Of a stretch of 64,000 bases of DNA, positions 33,324-43,972 are shown one piece after another. Position 1 is the stretch's first letter. The number at the start of each line of letters is the position of its first letter. The DNA lies in assembly GCA_963799845.1 (NCBI GenBank), contig CAWCYI010000006.1:1056001-1120000 (forward strand), read 5' to 3'. The notes under the pieces are model-generated. The model was not told the DNA's origin. It did not search any database and saw only the letters and a program-made list of their open reading frames with translations. The translations under genes were made by a program, and so were the position numbers. The DNA is from an uncultured Nitrososphaerota archaeon. GTDB lineage: Archaea > Thermoproteota > Nitrososphaeria > Nitrososphaerales > CADDZS01.

Positions 33324-33980
33324 TTGGAAAGTACTAGTGAAGAAGCCCTTCGAAGGGAAATCATTGATTTTGGCCTTCGTTGTTATCGCAGCGGATTTGT
33401 TACTGAAACTGAGGGCAACCTGAGCGTTCGAGTTTCAGAGGACAGATTTCTCGTGACCCCAAGCCATGTTCCGTACGAAAGCCGGCAACTTGAGGATGTA
33501 GTGTTGCTTGACGGCGAGGGTGAAGTCATACTGGGAGAGCGACGGCCTACCTCGGAGACAAGGATGCATTTGGGAGTGTTCAAGGCACGCTCAGACGTCA
33601 ATGCCATAGTTCACGCCCATCCGCTGTACTGCACGATGCTGGCCGTGATGGGAGAACCGCTCAGACCCATTCTAGACGAAATGCTCCCCTACCTCGGAGG
33701 TGTAATTGAAGTAACAAACTTCGCTCCATCAGGAAGTGCAGAAATTGCGGCAGAATGTGTGAAATCTCTAGGTAACAGAGCCGCTGTTCTTCTAGCAAAT
33801 CACGGCAATCTGTGCGTTGGAAAGAATATGAGCAGGGCGTTTCAGACGGCGAAGTATGTCGAAAAGTACGCACGGATCTACCTTCAGGCGCTCAACCTAA
33901 ATCGCGTTAGGCTCGTGCCGGAAGAGCGGCAAAAACAGCTTACACCGTTCTATGAGTATTTGAAAACCATGGATTGGTGA
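33324..33980 (+). CDS. Class II aldolase/adducin family (fuculose-1-phosphate aldolase-like)
   Basis: EGNLSVR, TPS, PTSETRMH, VHAHP and LLANHG. Confidence 0.9.
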   Translation: MESTSEEALRREIIDFGLRCYRSGFVTETEGNLSVRVSEDRFLVTPSHVPYESRQLEDVVLLDGEGEVILGERRPTSETRMHLGVFKARSDVNAIVHAHPLYCTMLAVMGEPLRPILDEMLPYLGGVIEVTNFAPSGSAEIAAECVKSLGNRAAVLLANHGNLCVGKNMSRAFQTAKYVEKYARIYLQALNLNRVRLVPEERQKQLTPFYEYLKTMDW

Positions 33981-34165
33981 CGGATTACTTTGATCGAGCC
34001 ACGAGCTGTGGCGTCTGGAGTCCGTATATCTTCATAGTAGCGCGCGCTAGTGCGATATCATTCGCTAGAACGCTTGATAATTTCTTTGATTCCGTATGGT
34101 TTATTGCAGCTCCTGCTCAGCCAACCATCAGATCAATTGAATCTGATTGAACCCAATTCCCAAGA

Positions 34166-35017
34166 ATGCTTAAATTGCAAAACGGGAGTCAAACGATCTC
34201 GAAGATGATGCAAGGACCAAAACAAGAAAAACTGGTCATCACAGTTACGGCAAATCCTTCATGGATTTATCCTGAAACTAAAAATCACCCCTTGACGGCG
34301 GACCAAATTGCTGACGCGGTGTACGATTCTTACAAGGCTGGTGCAAGTATTGCTCATATTCACGCCGATGGAATCCAGAAAGAAACAAGCAAAAAGATTC
34401 GGGACAAGTGTGACATTCTTGTTCAGTACGGGCTATCGGGCCAGTCGCTTGAGGTCCGTAGGCCGCTATTTGAACAGCAGCCAGATATGATTTCGATAAT
34501 ATTGACTCATCACGACGAACAGTTTACGAACGAGGCATTCAATGTTCTTCATCTGAAATCGGAGCTTGAAGAATACTGTCGTCTCTGTCTGAAATACAAA
34601 GTAAAACCAGAATTCGAGGTTTGGCATACCGGCGCTTATTGGAACCTGATGTATCTCGAAAGAAAAAATCTGGTCAAGAAGCCATACCTGCTAACTATTT
34701 TCTTTGGATGGCCCGGAGGCAGCTGGTCACCTGTCGAGGCTGATGAGTTCTTCCAGAGGGTGAAATACATGCCTGCCGGAAGCGTTTACTCGACTAGCGT
34801 GTTGGATCCTGACCAGACAAAGATCCTTATGCTCGCGATTGCAAATAGCGGCAATGTGAGAGTCGGAACTGAGGATTATCCTTTCATATCGGAAGGAGTT
34901 CTTGCAAAAGACAACGCTGCCCTCGTTTCCAGGATAGCTGGAATCGCCAAATCAATGGGGAGAGAAATTGCAACCCCTAAGGAAGCTAGAATGATGATCG
35001 GGCTGGATCGTTCCTAG
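34166..35017 (+). CDS. Beta-keto acid cleavage enzyme (BKACE/DUF849, Kce family)
   Basis: LVITV, AGASIAHIH, VKPEFEV, NVRVGTED, NAALV and GREIATPKEAR. Confidence 0.88.
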   Translation: MLKLQNGSQTISKMMQGPKQEKLVITVTANPSWIYPETKNHPLTADQIADAVYDSYKAGASIAHIHADGIQKETSKKIRDKCDILVQYGLSGQSLEVRRPLFEQQPDMISIILTHHDEQFTNEAFNVLHLKSELEEYCRLCLKYKVKPEFEVWHTGAYWNLMYLERKNLVKKPYLLTIFFGWPGGSWSPVEADEFFQRVKYMPAGSVYSTSVLDPDQTKILMLAIANSGNVRVGTEDYPFISEGVLAKDNAALVSRIAGIAKSMGREIATPKEARMMIGLDRS

Positions 35018-35206
35018 AGCGGCCCCATCTTAGTAGTCCCTACTAATTTTCAAGTTTTTCTCGATTCTTGGTTACTCTCCGTAAGAATCGCCGCGGGGAT
35101 CAATTCGGAAAGTAAAACTGATTGCGATATCTCATTCAATGGCTAAGCCCGAGAATTATCATTAGGAAATAGTCAAGTATGCGAATCCCCGTCGGTCTCG
35201 AACAAA

Positions 35207-36208
35207 CTAGGCGGTCTTATTCACAAAGTGGCATGCAACGTAATGTCCCGGTGAAACTGGTTCTAATGGAGGATTGACCTCGGAGCAGATCTTTTCCGCA
35301 TATGGACATCTTGGGTGAAACCTGCATCCACTTGGCGGATTTATTGCACTTGGGACTTCTCCTTTTATCTCAGCAGTAAGCAGATTTCTTTTCCAAGGAT
35401 TTGGAATTGGAGCAGAAGAGATTAGAGTGATGGTGTACGGATGTCTCGGCTTTTCAATTACGGATCTAGTCGGGCCATATTCCACCAGACTCCCAGTATA
35501 CATCACTGCAATATTGTCAGAGAGGTATTGCGCAACGGCAATGTTATGGGTGACGAGCATGTAGGACAGTGAGTACTCCTTTTGGAGATTCAGAAGCAAC
35601 TTGAGAATCTGCGCCTGAACTGAGGCGTCTAGAGCGCTCGTCGGTTCGTCAAGGACGACTAGCTTCGGCGTAGTCGCAATCGCTCTTGCAATAGCGACTC
35701 TTTGCTTTTGACCGCCGCTTAGCTGACCCGGTAATCGGTCGGCGTGTTCTGATGATAGGCCCACCGCGGCCAGACTTACGTCGACTTGTTGCTTTACGGC
35801 CTCGCTGTTTGCGCCAAGCAATCCACGAAGCGGTTCTCCGACAGAATCCTTAACCTTGAATCGCGGATCTAAAGAAGAGTCAGGATCCTGAAACACCATC
35901 TGGATGTTTCGATAGAGCTCTTTCCAGTTCTGGTGTTTGACATTTGTGATCTCCCTCCCCTCAAAGAAGATCTTTCCACTCGTTGGTGGAATGAGCATTG
36001 TAACCGTACGCGCAAGGGTCGTTTTTCCGCAACCGGATTCACCGACGACGGCGGTTGTCTTCTTCCTCCCGAGCTGGATCGAAACTTTGTCAACTGCCCT
36101 CACATATTTCTTCGATGATCGAGATAGGAGGCCTCCGCGGATGGGGTAGTACTTAGAGAGATCGTCGGTTGAAAGGATCGTACTCTCGGGAGATTCGCTA
36201 GCTTCCGT
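35207..36208 (-). CDS. oppF: Opp/Dpp ABC ATPase (F subunit); start codon uncertain
   Basis: GESGCGKT, LSGGQKQR, LDEPT and PPSGCRFHPRC. The frame is open upstream of GTG 36103 and encodes ILSTDDLSKYYPIRGG. Confidence 0.9.
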   Translation of the reverse strand, partial: TEASESPESTILSTDDLSKYYPIRGGLLSRSSKKYVRAVDKVSIQLGRKKTTAVVGESGCGKTTLARTVTMLIPPTSGKIFFEGREITNVKHQNWKELYRNIQMVFQDPDSSLDPRFKVKDSVGEPLRGLLGANSEAVKQQVDVSLAAVGLSSEHADRLPGQLSGGQKQRVAIARAIATTPKLVVLDEPTSALDASVQAQILKLLLNLQKEYSLSYMLVTHNIAVAQYLSDNIAVMYTGSLVEYGPTRSVIEKPRHPYTITLISSAPIPNPWKRNLLTAEIKGEVPSAINPPSGCRFHPRCPYAEKICSEVNPPLEPVSPGHYVACHFVNKTA

Positions 36209-37272
36209 AAAGAAAACACTCCACCATATGGCCAGGCTTTGCTTCCAAGAGCTTTGGTCTCTTTTCCTTGCAAACTTTTATCGCAAACGGGCACCTCGGT
36301 TCAAATCGACACCCCGTCGGCGGATAGAGCAAGTTTGGAACATTGCCGGGTATGGGTTCCAAATTCGTGTCATCTTTGAATCCTGATGGAATGCAGGAGA
36401 GAAGACCCTTGCTGTATGGGTGAAGAGGATCGGAAAAGAGATCATAAACGTTAGCTATTTCCACGATCTCGCCGGAATACATCACTATCACTTGATCAGC
36501 CACCTGACTTGCCACTGCAAGGTCGTGGGTCACAAGAAAGATGCTCGTACTGACTTCGTTCATCAGTTCCTTCATGAGCTTCAGAACTTGGGCTTGAGTC
36601 GTGACATCAAGTGCAGTGGTGGGTTCATCCGCAATCAGAAGGGACGGCTTTTGAGAAATCGCCATCGCGATCATCACTCTCTGTCTCATCCCCCCGGATA
36701 GCTCGAACGGATAACGCTCGATCACCTGCTCCGGGTCTGCAATTCTAACAAGTTTAAGCGCTTCGATTATTTCATCTCTGAGGTCGGAGCTCAAGTGCCT
36801 CCTGAATCTCGGGATCCTCGATATTCGAATTGTTTTCGAGCTGTAAGTCTTTTGCATCACATCGCTGTTCGAAAGATCTGATTTCTTTGCTCGTCGAACT
36901 TCCCTGACGAGGATCGCCTCTGCTATCTGATCTCCAACCTTGTAGACAGGATTCAGACTGGTAAGCGGCTCTTGGAATATCATTGCAATCTCCGTTCCAC
37001 GGAATTCTCTGCGTTGCCGTTCATTCAGCGGAACCAGATCTGCATCTTTGTAATTGATAGAACCACCAGTAATTTTCGCGGGGGGCATCGGCAGCAGACC
37101 AATAATCGAGAGGCCTAGGGTGGACTTGCCGCAGCCTGACTCCCCCACTACAGCGATTCAGCTTGTTCTTCGGGACCTCAAGGCTGACGGCGTCCACGGC
37201 CTTGAGCTTTCCCCCGGATGCTGAGTATTCTATCGTAAGATCTTTAACCGATAGCAGTTTTTCTTCTGACAA
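36198..37272 (-). CDS. oppD: Opp/Dpp ABC ATPase (D subunit; apparent +1 frameshift at 37158-37163)
   Basis: LLSVKDL..KAVDAVSL joined to GESGCGKS, LSGGMRQR and ADEPTTALD. Confidence 0.92.
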
Positions 37273-37322
37273 TCGTTTTTCACAATCAGTTTAAGAATGT
37301 CTCAGAGCTCGTGGGACAAAAG

Positions 37323-38363
37323 TTAGATTGTCGAGCTCGGATTGATCACACCTTCAAGTTTTTCGCCGTTTATGAAATTTTGCACCTGTTTTGCGACAAT
37401 CTCAGCGCCCCGAAGCGGAACTTCCCGCGACGCACCTGCGATGTGCGGAGTGATGAACACATTGTCCATCGAAACAAGTGGATTATCTGGCGATACAGGC
37501 TCCTTCTTCATGACATCCAAGCAGGCTCCGGCTATTCTACCGTTCGTCAATGCCTCCAGCAGTGCGGATTCGTCGAGCAAGCTGCCGCGGGCAGAATTGA
37601 TAAAGTACGCACTCTTCTTCATTAACTCGAATTGTTTCTTTCCAAACATATTCTCGTTTTCTTTCGACTCACGCGCGTGCAGGGAGACGAAATCCGATGA
37701 GGCTATCAGAGTATCGAGATCGGCGGATTTGATACCGGGAGCTTCGATCTTTGATTTGTCGATGAACGGGTCGTATACCAGAATGGACATTCCGAACGGG
37801 AGAGCTCTCTTAGCCACCCGCGATCCCACGTTTCCATAACCAACAAGTCCTAGTGTTTTTCCACCCAGTTCATGACCGAAAAAACTGTCGAAGGTCGAGC
37901 GATCGAACTTTCTCTTTTCCCTAAGGAAGATGTTAGCTCTTGATAGATTTCTCGCAAGAACTAACATTACGCCCAAAACATAGTCAGCAACAGCTTCAGC
38001 GTTTCTGCCGGGCGCGGACACCACAGGAATGCCCATGGCAATAGCGGCATTGACGTCGATATTCACCGGCCCTCCTCGCGCGCAACAGATGAGTTTCAAA
38101 TTCGGCGAGGCGTTCATCACCTCGTCTGTAACTGGTGCGGCATGTACCACCAGAATATCTTCGTCCTTGAGCTCTCGAGCAATCTGCTTTGGATTTCCCG
38201 AAAACTCTCGAATGGATTTCTCCGACTCAGTAGAGGGGTTTAGGCGATCGGCTTCATCCATCTGAATGTATCGTATCCGGTTGTCCGGAACCAAAAATGA
38301 AAAGGCTGTTCGAAACGTATCAACCGGCACGTAGAGATCTGCTGCAATCAAGATTCTTTTCAA
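37323..38363 (-). CDS. D-isomer-specific 2-hydroxyacid dehydrogenase
   Basis: GLVGYGNVG, INSARG, LDV..EP and ITPHIAGAS. Confidence 0.92.
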   Translation of the reverse strand: MKRILIAADLYVPVDTFRTAFSFLVPDNRIRYIQMDEADRLNPSTESEKSIREFSGNPKQIARELKDEDILVVHAAPVTDEVMNASPNLKLICCARGGPVNIDVNAAIAMGIPVVSAPGRNAEAVADYVLGVMLVLARNLSRANIFLREKRKFDRSTFDSFFGHELGGKTLGLVGYGNVGSRVAKRALPFGMSILVYDPFIDKSKIEAPGIKSADLDTLIASSDFVSLHARESKENENMFGKKQFELMKKSAYFINSARGSLLDESALLEALTNGRIAGACLDVMKKEPVSPDNPLVSMDNVFITPHIAGASREVPLRGAEIVAKQVQNFINGEKLEGVINPSSTI

Positions 38364-38400
38364 GAACTAGGCCTCACTAATACTTGGCTGACAACGGTGG

Positions 38401-38410
38401 TTTATATAAT
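38401..38410. promoter_or_regulatory. Putative shared TATA box of a compact divergent promoter
   Basis: TTTATATAAT in the 55-bp gap between divergent genes. Confidence 0.5.
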
Positions 38411-38418
38411 GAATTGGT

Positions 38419-39895
38419 GTGCACGAAGCCGTGATGCGAACAGCTGGTAAGCCAGCGTTCTGTGTTATCGATGTCGGAACCGGCGGAATAAAATGCCTCG
38501 TATTTGACTCGAAAGGTTCGCTGGCTTTCAAGGAAAGTTCCCCGATTGACTTCTTGCTGGATGGCTATGCGATCAGTTTCGATCCATCGTCAGTCTGGAC
38601 AGATATCTGCAGAATGACGAGAAAAGCCTCGAGGGAGTGCACAAAGAAAAAACTTCAGATCGTCACTGTAAGTTCCACGAGCATGCGTGAGGGGAACGTC
38701 TTCTACGACGCCGAGGGAAACGAGCTGATTAGCGGTACCGAATTTGGACGCCAGGGCATTCATGGAAGCAGCAGAAATTCAGGGATCACCAGGAGATGCA
38801 ATATATCTTTCATCAGGACATTGGCCTTCACCGATATTCGTCGCTAGCCGGCTAAAATTTCTAGCGAAGAACAATCCCAACCTTTTCAAAAAAATTCTCA
38901 AAATCTCCATGATCAATGATTGGGTCTTGTTCAAATTCTCAGGAAAGATCGTTTCTGAACCAACTAATGGTTGCGAGACAGCCCTCTTTGATTTGAAGAA
39001 GCGAGACTGGAGCGATGAGTTGATCCGCGAGTGCTCTTTCGATCGCTCTTTGTTTCCCGAGATTAGAGAATGTGGTTCACTCATAGGTTCTGTTGTGAAG
39101 GATGCGAGCAGGAAGAGTGGTCTGAACGAACATACATCGGTAGTAGTTGGAGCTGCTGACACTGAATCGGCCGTTGCAGGTTGTGGGTTATTCGACGAAG
39201 GAAATGTAGCCGCCGTCGCAGGGACAACCACACCTGTCCAAGCAGTAACAGAAAATCCTGTGTTGGATCCCGAGAAAAGAACTTGGACCTGCTGTCACGT
39301 TCTTCCGAATCGGTGGACGCTGGAGAGCAACGCAGGCGCTACGGGACTCGTATTCAACTGGTGGGCCAAAATGACGGGGGAGGATTTTTCGGTTCTTGAC
39401 CTTGAAGTGAAAAAGGAGAATCCGGCTCCGGGAAAGGTGATAGTGAACATCGGGACGAGCCTGATGAACGCGCGATATCCCCACCCAATCGTTGGCACGA
39501 TCCGGGGCGTGAACCCGTGGACTCCGCGGGCTGAAGTTACACTGGGCATCCTTGAAACAAATTGCTTCAGCGTCAGGGCAAATCTCGAACAGATTGAAAA
39601 GGTGCTTGACAAGAGATTCGTCGAAGTGTACTTCTGCGGAGGTGCGTCAAAAAGCGAGATCTGGAGGAAACTCCAGTCGAACATTTTGGGTAGGACTATC
39701 CTAACGTTCGGCGAAGGCGAAGCAAGTGGAAGAGGTGCCGCGATGCTTTCGGCCGTTGCCATCAAAGAATTCACAGACATGAGTGAAGCGTCAAAATCAT
39801 TTCTGAGGCGAAAGACATCAACCAAACCGGATGGAAAGATTTTCGAAAGCTACGAAGTCTTATATCAGAACTGGCTAAACGGCATAAACAAATAG
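38419..39895 (+). CDS. FGGY-family carbohydrate kinase (apparent +1 frameshift at 38723-38728)
   Basis: IDVGTGGIK, TSMREG, (P)NLDAR, GAADT, AGTT, ESNAG and CGGASKS. Confidence 0.88.
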
Positions 39896-40024
39896 GCGTC
39901 TCAATTTCTTTAATCTGAGTGCGGTTGGAGTATGTTTCGCTGGGCAAGAATGGTCCGAATCTACCGAAGATCAGTAGGGCGGATGTAGACGATTAAGCAA
40001 AATTGAACTATTTTCAGTAACACA

Positions 40025-40900
40025 GTGATAGTATTAATCTTGAATCAATCTAAATGGAAGTTCGCATATCTGCCATACTTTGGTTTCAAATCGATGGATG
40101 AAGCTCTCAAGTCAATTTCGGCGCTCGGTTACGAAGGAGTGGAGCTGCCTTCATTGATACCGTACAAGACGGCGAAGGATCTCTCCGGAGTCGTCGCTCA
40201 AGCAAAGTCGTACAACCTAGAGATCTCCGAGGTTGGGTTCTCGCAAGATTTCATAGTTCTAGACGAAGAAAAAAGAAAGGAGAAGGTCAGGGAGACGAAG
40301 GAGAAGATCCGAATTGCCTCTGAGTGTTCGATTTCGATCGTCAAAGGTCTGACGGGCCCTTACCCGTGGGACAAGAACGCCCTGCGACTCGGAGTGGATC
40401 TAACCGAGGGAAAAGCCTGGAAACTCGTTCTAGATAGCTTCAACGATTTTATCGGGGCTTGTGAAAAATACAACGTCTACTTTGCGCTGGAAGCTTGCTT
40501 CGGCACGCTGACTCGAGATTACTACACGACGAAGGAATTGCTGGATTCAGTTAATTCGAAGTACTTGGCGATAAACATGGACCCATCGCACTACAACCTT
40601 TATGGAAACGATGTAGCGTGGGTGGTTAGAAGATTCGGGAAGGATAGAATCAAGCACGTCCACTTGAAGGATTCCGTTGGGGTGCCGCGAGACGAAGGTA
40701 GGGATTTTATTTTCCCGCTTTTGGGCGAAGGAACAATCGACTGGAAAGCATTCTTTCAGGCATTGCGGGATATCGGTTACGAAGGTTATTTCTCGGCCGA
40801 ATACGAATCAATGAACTACTTCAAAAATATCCTCGACAGTGACCCGACAAAAACTGCCGAGCTCAGCTTGCAACTCATGAAGAAACTTGCATCGCTTTGA
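40025..40900 (+). CDS. Sugar phosphate isomerase/epimerase (TIM barrel)
   Basis: GYEGVEL, NMDPSH, HVHLKD, LGEGTIDW and SAEYE. Confidence 0.88.
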   Translation: MIVLILNQSKWKFAYLPYFGFKSMDEALKSISALGYEGVELPSLIPYKTAKDLSGVVAQAKSYNLEISEVGFSQDFIVLDEEKRKEKVRETKEKIRIASECSISIVKGLTGPYPWDKNALRLGVDLTEGKAWKLVLDSFNDFIGACEKYNVYFALEACFGTLTRDYYTTKELLDSVNSKYLAINMDPSHYNLYGNDVAWVVRRFGKDRIKHVHLKDSVGVPRDEGRDFIFPLLGEGTIDWKAFFQALRDIGYEGYFSAEYESMNYFKNILDSDPTKTAELSLQLMKKLASL

Positions 40901-40997
40901 GTTACTGTTTTTTCGGTCTTTCATTCATTTCTGACAAGCATAGATGCCATTTCGCTTATTAGCTGAGCCGATTTCGAGATTTGGATAGTGCTATAGA

Positions 40998-42062
40998 ATG
41001 TCAGAAGAGTCGACGAAAAGAATTGGAATCGGGATGATTGGTACCGGTAACATTTCAGATCTTCACTCCGTAGGTTATAGAAAGAATGAAAGGGCGAAAA
41101 TAGTAGCTGTTGCAGACATTCAAGCTTCAGTCGCGGAGGAAAAGCGAATCGCCTTTGGAGGAGATCGGAGTTATTCGGACTACAATCAGTTGTTGAAGGA
41201 CAAGTCGGTTGACGCGGTTGACATTTGCGTCCCGAATTTCTTGCATTCTCAGATAGCAATAGCCGCGGCAGAAGCTGGGAAGCACGTGCTTGTCGAAAAG
41301 CCCATGGCCATCACGGTAAAGGAGTGCGACGAGATGATATCGGCCGCCCGAAAAAATGGAGTGAAGCTGATGGTCGGACACAACCAGGTATTTTACCCGC
41401 CGCACCAGGAAACCAAGAGATTGATTCAGGAAGAATTGGGAAGACCAATTCTGCTTCTAACGCGATTGCACAATGGGTTCCGCCAGAACATGGGCTGGAG
41501 GGCAGACCCGAAAGCTGTGGGCGGCGGTTTCTTTATGGAAGCCTGCGTTCACCGGTTGTATCTTTCGAGGTATCTAGTTGGTGAACCTACGAAGATCATG
41601 TGCCGAATGACGAAGATATTTCCAGATACCGTCGCGGAGGACATTGTGCAGGTGGCGATTGATTTTGAAAATGGAATCGAAGGATCGTTAATTGCAAACC
41701 AGGGTGGTCCTATGCCTCTATGGGATGACCGAACCGAGGTCATCGGCAGCGAAGGTTTGATTATCGTCAATGGATTTGAAGAGCAGGCAATTCCTGGCTC
41801 TCCTCTAATGTTCTACAAGAACGGCAGGTGGACTCACTACGTCAAAGCTGGTCACCCCGCTACAGTTGGAGATTGGCCTTTAGGTAACCTCGAAATTGAG
41901 GCAGATTTTCCCAAGACCTATGCACACGTGACAAGCCACTTTGTTGACTCTATCTTCGAAGACAAACAACCAATGGTGACCGGAGAAGATGGAAGGAGAG
42001 CCATACAGATGGTTCAAGCTTGTTATGATTCGGCGAAGCTGGAAAAACCTGTGTCCGTGTGA
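40998..42062 (+). CDS. Gfo/Idh/MocA oxidoreductase
   Basis: GMIGTGNI, GKHVLVEKP and GGGFFMEACVH. Confidence 0.92.
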   Translation: MSEESTKRIGIGMIGTGNISDLHSVGYRKNERAKIVAVADIQASVAEEKRIAFGGDRSYSDYNQLLKDKSVDAVDICVPNFLHSQIAIAAAEAGKHVLVEKPMAITVKECDEMISAARKNGVKLMVGHNQVFYPPHQETKRLIQEELGRPILLLTRLHNGFRQNMGWRADPKAVGGGFFMEACVHRLYLSRYLVGEPTKIMCRMTKIFPDTVAEDIVQVAIDFENGIEGSLIANQGGPMPLWDDRTEVIGSEGLIIVNGFEEQAIPGSPLMFYKNGRWTHYVKAGHPATVGDWPLGNLEIEADFPKTYAHVTSHFVDSIFEDKQPMVTGEDGRRAIQMVQACYDSAKLEKPVSV

Positions 42063-42074
42063 GGAGCTCCTAGA

Positions 42075-43100
42075 TTGAAAGCCGCTGTCATGCATGAGAT
42101 AAACAAGTCTCTTACGATTGAGGAGGTTCCGGAGCCGAAGCTGGATTATGGAGAAGTCCTCGTAGAGACGAAGGCCTGCGGCATCTGTGGCACGGATTTG
42201 CACATCGTAGAGGGCACGGGATACAAGCCTAGACTCCCACACATTTTAGGGCATGAGCCGGCCGGGGTCGTTGCAAAGCTTGGAGAGGGTGCAACAAAGT
42301 TCAAGGTTGGAGACAGGGTCGTGCCAAATATCTTCTTCACCTGCGGTGAGTGCTTCTTTTGCAGAACGAACAGGGAGACGATGTGTACTAACTTCAAGGG
42401 GGCGCTTGGAGTAGGGATAAACGGCGGGTACGCAGAATACTTCAAGGCTCCGGCGAAGAACCTGTTTATTCTGCCTACTAAGATAGGATTCAAGGAGGGT
42501 TCGGTAATTGCGGATGCGGTTGTAACTTCCGTCCATGCTGTCAGACGAAGGGCTCAGGTAAAGGCAGACGACGTGGTTGTCGTGATCGGCGTGGGCGGAG
42601 TCGGACAGAGTGTGATCCAGATTGCAAAACATGCCGGAGCAAGGGTGTTTGGAGTTGCTCGAAGGGCGCAGAGGGCAGAAGTGGGTTCAAGGTTCGGAGC
42701 TGATGTGGTGATAAATTCCTCGAAAGAAGACGTTGGTCTGGCTGTCAACAAATTGACAAACGGGAATGGCGCGGACATCGCGATAGACAACGTGGGGACG
42801 AAGGAAACTTTGCTGCAGGCACTAGGCGCAGTTCACCGCGGAGGGAGGATCGTCCTTGTCGGCGAGACTGATGATACCATCCCATTATCCACATTCAAGC
42901 TTTGCGTCAACGAGCTGGATATTATGGGATCGCGATCAGGCGGCAGGCAGGATACGGTTGAAGCGATAGAACTTGTTGAAAGTGGTGTGGTCACTCCGTT
43001 TGCAAGCGACGCGTTTCCTCTCGAAAGAATAAACGAGGCGTTCGAGGCGATAAAGCAGGGAAGGGTCATGGGCAGAGCGGTGATTTCGTTTGAAAATTAG
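42075..43100 (+). CDS. Zinc-dependent alcohol dehydrogenase (MDR)
   Basis: CGICGTD, GHE, CGECFFC..C and GVGGVG. Confidence 0.93.
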   Translation: MKAAVMHEINKSLTIEEVPEPKLDYGEVLVETKACGICGTDLHIVEGTGYKPRLPHILGHEPAGVVAKLGEGATKFKVGDRVVPNIFFTCGECFFCRTNRETMCTNFKGALGVGINGGYAEYFKAPAKNLFILPTKIGFKEGSVIADAVVTSVHAVRRRAQVKADDVVVVIGVGGVGQSVIQIAKHAGARVFGVARRAQRAEVGSRFGADVVINSSKEDVGLAVNKLTNGNGADIAIDNVGTKETLLQALGAVHRGGRIVLVGETDDTIPLSTFKLCVNELDIMGSRSGGRQDTVEAIELVESGVVTPFASDAFPLERINEAFEAIKQGRVMGRAVISFEN

Positions 43101-43966
43101 TTCCAGCCAATTTCCTTTAGGATTCTAACCAGTTCTTTCCTATTTTTTGCTGCGGCTTCGAATGGAGCCGGGTGCTCCCATGTATCGATCTGCAACCACT
43201 CCAGTCTTGGACACTCCGACTTCATCGCTGCGAAAAGTTTCGGCATGTCGACGTTTCCATCGCCGAACGTTTGATGCTTTCCCGTGCCGAAGGGGCTCAG
43301 TGAAAAGTCGTTGTCCGCGACGTGAACCCAGCTGACGCGGCCGTTGAGCGATTTCAGAAAGCCCACCGGATCACCGTGCGAGATAATGTTCACGTGAGAA
43401 ATGTCGTAGAGAATCGCAAGGTTCTTCGATTTCACAGTGTTCAATACATGCAGCACGTCTTCGAGCGAGTCCCGCAGCCCTCCACCGTTAAGAATCAAGT
43501 TGGGTTCGGGTTCGATTGCCATCACCACGTTTCTCTTTTCTGCCTTTTCGACGACCTGCGAGACCACGCTGACGTACCTGTCCAGAAGTACGTCGTATTC
43601 TTTCGTCATTTCGCTGGTGAAGATCGGCGGTGTCAGAGTCGAGTGATGGGCGTCCAATTCCTCGGCAAACTTTAGGGCATCGTCTACGGCGTTTACATAG
43701 TTTGCCCTGTCAGTTTCGTCCTCGCTTATCGGCGGATAGAAAAATCCGATGTGCCCCGTCTGGATTCCGGGGATCTCCTGGTCGTAAGACGCGTAGTATT
43801 CCTTCGTAGCCTTTGCTACCCCAGGAGTGTACATCTCGAATTGCGCGTGGAGCTCAATGCCCTGAAACCCTTCTTTCTTTGCGAACGTAAGGACCTCGTC
43901 TCTGCGGATTATAGGGCCTGCGCTGATCCTGACGAACCCGTCCTCGCCGAGACAAATCTTGGGCAA
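43097..43966 (-). CDS. Sugar phosphate isomerase/epimerase (TIM barrel)
   Basis: GFQGIEL, IEPEP, YDISH, VHVAD and GDGNVD. Confidence 0.85.
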   Translation of the reverse strand: MPKICLGEDGFVRISAGPIIRRDEVLTFAKKEGFQGIELHAQFEMYTPGVAKATKEYYASYDQEIPGIQTGHIGFFYPPISEDETDRANYVNAVDDALKFAEELDAHHSTLTPPIFTSEMTKEYDVLLDRYVSVVSQVVEKAEKRNVVMAIEPEPNLILNGGGLRDSLEDVLHVLNTVKSKNLAILYDISHVNIISHGDPVGFLKSLNGRVSWVHVADNDFSLSPFGTGKHQTFGDGNVDMPKLFAAMKSECPRLEWLQIDTWEHPAPFEAAAKNRKELVRILKEIGWN

Positions 43967-43972
43967 CGCAAA

